A stretch of DNA of 16,891 bases, taken from assembly GCA_038883715.1 (NCBI GenBank), contig JAVZLS010000020.1:1-16891 (forward strand), given 5' to 3'. Both the position numbers and the translations under genes were made by a program. This DNA is from Candidatus Bathyarchaeia archaeon. Its GTDB lineage: Archaea; Thermoproteota; Bathyarchaeia; Bathyarchaeales; Bathycorpusculaceae. Below, piece after piece: positions 15,952-16,891 of the stretch. The notes beneath the pieces are model-generated. The model did not search any database. It was given only the letters and a program-made list of their open reading frames with translations, and was not told the DNA's origin. Position 1 is the first letter of the stretch. The number at the start of each line of letters is the position of its first letter.

Positions 15952-16310
15952 AAACTTTCAAGTCCGTTTGGCTTATCAACTCCTATTAGGTTTGAGCTTA
16001 TAGAAAAAGCTATTTGACGCCGTTAAACGCCTAAACGTCATATTTGTGGCTGGTTCCAAACAACAAATACACTACCCCTCTCTACATTTTTTGGCTTGAA
16101 AAACAACCAATAGCGCCCCTCTCTCTATAGATTTCCGCAACTAAACAGCAAACATCAAATTTACCTGTTAGAAAACACCTAAATTAGATACCCTCTAGAG
16201 AAATTTGAGCACGAACAAAGGAAGACCTTATTAGGCTAGTTTTACAGTTATTTAGTGAGCTTTGCTGGCTTGTTGAGCGGGCAGTGTGAAGGCTGCTTTC
16301 TTACTTGTTA

Positions 16311-16346
16311 GTAAAGTTTAACATAAAAACTGAATGTTGGAGGTGA
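16311..16346 (+). promoter_or_regulatory. BRE/TATA-like element and Shine-Dalgarno for the 96-aa ORF
   Basis: gtaaagTTTAACAT (same BRE-like gtaaag as at 6850) and GGAGGTGA at 16339-16346, ending 7 nt before ATG 16354. Confidence 0.55.
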
Positions 16347-16353
16347 AAAGTGT

Positions 16354-16644
16354 ATGAAGTATATAGGATTTTGGAAGGTTGTTGGAGGCGACGTTATGGA
16401 TGTCATTGAAAAGTTTAGGAAAATGACAGCTGAAAGGGAAAAGGGAAACGAAGAGTTTGCTAAACTGATTTTTGGTCCTTTCCAGTTCACTGGCGAGAGC
16501 AAGGGCTTCACTTTGTTTGAGACAGACGACTCAGAGACGCTTAAAAACATTGCAAACTTCTACTCGCCTGAAATCAAGTGGAAGTTCTTCTCCATAAACG
16601 ACCCAACAAAAGCAGCGGATTTATACAAGACCTTGAGGAAATAG
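16354..16644 (+). CDS. Small protein, DUF3303/GYD-like dimeric alpha-beta barrel family (tentative)
   Basis: Strong SD; the pattern MKYIGFW...KLIFGP...GESKGFTLFETDD resembles DUF3303-type proteins. The family call is from memory. Confidence 0.65.
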   Translation: MKYIGFWKVVGGDVMDVIEKFRKMTAEREKGNEEFAKLIFGPFQFTGESKGFTLFETDDSETLKNIANFYSPEIKWKFFSINDPTKAADLYKTLRK

Positions 16645-16653
16645 TCTCAAACG

Positions 16654-16687
16654 TATTTCTCTTTATTTTTCAAAATTTCTGTTTTTC
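16654..16687 (+). terminator. Putative archaeal oligo-T terminator
   Basis: T-rich tract tatttctctttatttttcaaaatttctgtttttca starting about 10 nt after the stop codon. Confidence 0.45.
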
Positions 16688-16749
16688 AATAACGTTTTAA
16701 ACAGCTTTCGTTCTCTAGTTTGCAATAGGGAAGAAAAAGGCGCGTTCAA

Positions 16750-16891
16750 GTGAGGATAACAGATCTCCCAATTCCAGAGTCGGTTAAAGAAGTTCTACTT
16801 AAGTCTGGAATTGTTGAGCTTTATCCACCGCAGAAAGAAGCCATAAAGGCTGGCGCCTTAGAGGGGCGAAACCTTGTCTTGGCTAGTCCAA
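16750..16891 (+). CDS. hel308: Ski2-like DEAD/DEAH-box helicase Hel308 (Hjm), 5' end only (partial)
   Basis: Not in the ORF track. GTG 16750 gives MRITDLPIPESVKEVLLKSGIVELYPPQKEAIKAGALEGRNLVLASP, containing the Q-motif LYPPQ and running into the start of Walker A at the window edge. Confidence 0.85.
   Translation, partial: MRITDLPIPESVKEVLLKSGIVELYPPQKEAIKAGALEGRNLVLASP

Noticed and set aside
16053-16061. GTT-N3-AAC SurR-like site upstream of the Fe-S operon
   Set aside because: It has only 6 informative bases, is expected by chance, and SurR is characterised mainly in Thermococcales.
15952-16353. CRISPR array, tRNA, IS element or confirmed replication origin in the long intergenic region
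   Set aside because: There are no regularly spaced identical repeats, cloverleaf, terminal inverted repeats or transposase; there is no clear ORB consensus and no adjacent cdc6.
16308-16550. 80-aa minus-strand ORF
   Set aside because: It is antisense to the 96-aa ORF, which has a strong SD, a promoter-like element and a family-like pattern.

Overview
Gene-dense archaeal window. The eS1 and Hel308 genes, BRE/TATA promoters and HdrA-MvhD support an archaeal origin, and Bathyarchaeia-like is my inference. From left to right it contains: (1) the 3' end of ribosomal protein S3Ae; (2) a minus-strand six-gene redox operon (HdrC-like 2x[4Fe-4S]/GltD-like NAD(P)H flavoprotein fusion, HdrA-MvhD fusion, four-subunit 2-oxoacid:ferredoxin oxidoreductase korDABC); (3) diverging from a back-to-back promoter, an operon with an Ord-like amine dehydrogenase, 5-oxoprolinase pxpABC, moaE and a DUF47 gene; (4) an orphan nikMN-type ECF S module with a NikR-like operator; (5) a minus-strand Fe-S operon (IscS-like, IscU, SufS, 90-aa unknown); (6) a 400-bp intergenic region, a DUF3303-like gene and the 5' end of hel308. 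The strongest signal is the IscS-like protein. It has replaced most PLP- and substrate-binding residues but keeps the Schiff-base Lys and loop Cys, and it is translationally coupled to IscU and an intact SufS, which suggests a pseudo-enzyme/scaffold hybrid ISC-SUF system. The second signal is the divergent Pxp/AmDH versus Kor/Hdr pair, which may form a pyroglutamate-to-succinyl-CoA catabolic and electron-bifurcating unit. All family calls come from motif recognition by eye, and no database searches were run.
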